DNA from: an uncultured bacterium
GTDB taxonomy: Bacteria > T1Sed10-126
Assembly: GCA_964566495.1 (NCBI GenBank)
Contig: CAZMIT010000014.1
Location: forward strand, 1-24,622
Reading direction: 5' to 3'
Length of the DNA stretch: 24,622 nt
Shown here: piece by piece, positions 24,399 through 24,622 of the stretch
Layout: the number at the start of each line of letters is the position of its first letter
Numbering within the stretch: the stretch's first letter is position 1
Position numbers and translations under genes: made by a program
The notes under the pieces: generated by a model
Told to the model about the DNA's origin: nothing
What the model saw: the letters and a program-made list of their open reading frames with translations, nothing else
Databases searched by the model: none

Positions 24399-24540
24399 TG
24401 TAATTAGTCAAGAACCTTCCAACAACTTTGTCATTGCGGGCCCCGACCCGCGATCCATTTTGAAGTTAACATAGATTCCGGGTCTGCGGTCACTACGTTC
24501 CCTTGCCCGGAATGACGTTGGAAGGTTTTGTAATTAGTCA
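24399..24540. repeat. Inverted CGTC-REP doublet with extended arms, bracketed by 12-bp direct repeats TGTAATTAGTCA
   Basis: Direct repeats at 24399-24410 and 24529-24540; AACCTTCCAAC/GTTGGAAGGTT inverted repeat; palindromes at 24430-24457 and 24472-24517. Confidence 0.8.
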
Positions 24541-24612
24541 TAACGGGGAATAAATGTTAAAATAAGCCAGTTAAGAAAGTTGCAGGACAACTAAAAATAC
24601 AATTACAACAAA

Positions 24613-24622
24613 GGGGGCGACC
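24613..24622 (+). ncRNA. ssrA: Probable 5' end of tmRNA, truncated by the window edge
   Basis: GGGGGCGACC resembles the tRNA-Ala-like 5' acceptor strand of tmRNA and lies after an A-rich leader downstream of smpB. Only 10 nt are visible. Confidence 0.45.

Overview
Chromosomal window from a diderm bacterium. The outer-membrane β-barrel genes support diderm status, and the D/E-rich proteins hint at a salt-adapted organism. Housekeeping and accessory genes in order: 3' end of a probable AAA+/DUF4143 ATPase, a DUF5615-type PIN protein, tRNA-Lys, a universal stress protein, tRNA-Ala, a cold-shock-domain/DEAD-box helicase fusion, an orphan β-class DNA methyltransferase, an SDR, two tandem TraF_2/FadL-like outer-membrane paralogues, a divergent RNase Y, YtxH/YtxG-like proteins, a 2x[4Fe-4S] ferredoxin, large NAD-glutamate dehydrogenase, a SprA-related protein, SulP, 5-formyl-THF cyclo-ligase, tRNA-Leu, rnr, smpB and probably the first bases of tmRNA. 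The most unusual signal is non-coding. The intergenic spaces hold several distinct, partly nested families of structured repeats. One family has three copies that fold into a four-way junction with no unpaired junction bases, bounded by TARCC...GGTTA. The architecture is conserved while the arm sequences co-vary, and two copies meet tail-to-tail on a shared TA just behind convergent stop codons. The other families are CGTC-type REP/dRS3-like palindromes, a MITE-like shell with GTAA...TTAC ends, CCCTCACC-type hairpins and 7/8-mer tandem arrays. No transposase or integrase for these elements lies in the window. All family assignments are from motif recognition by eye; no database searches were run.
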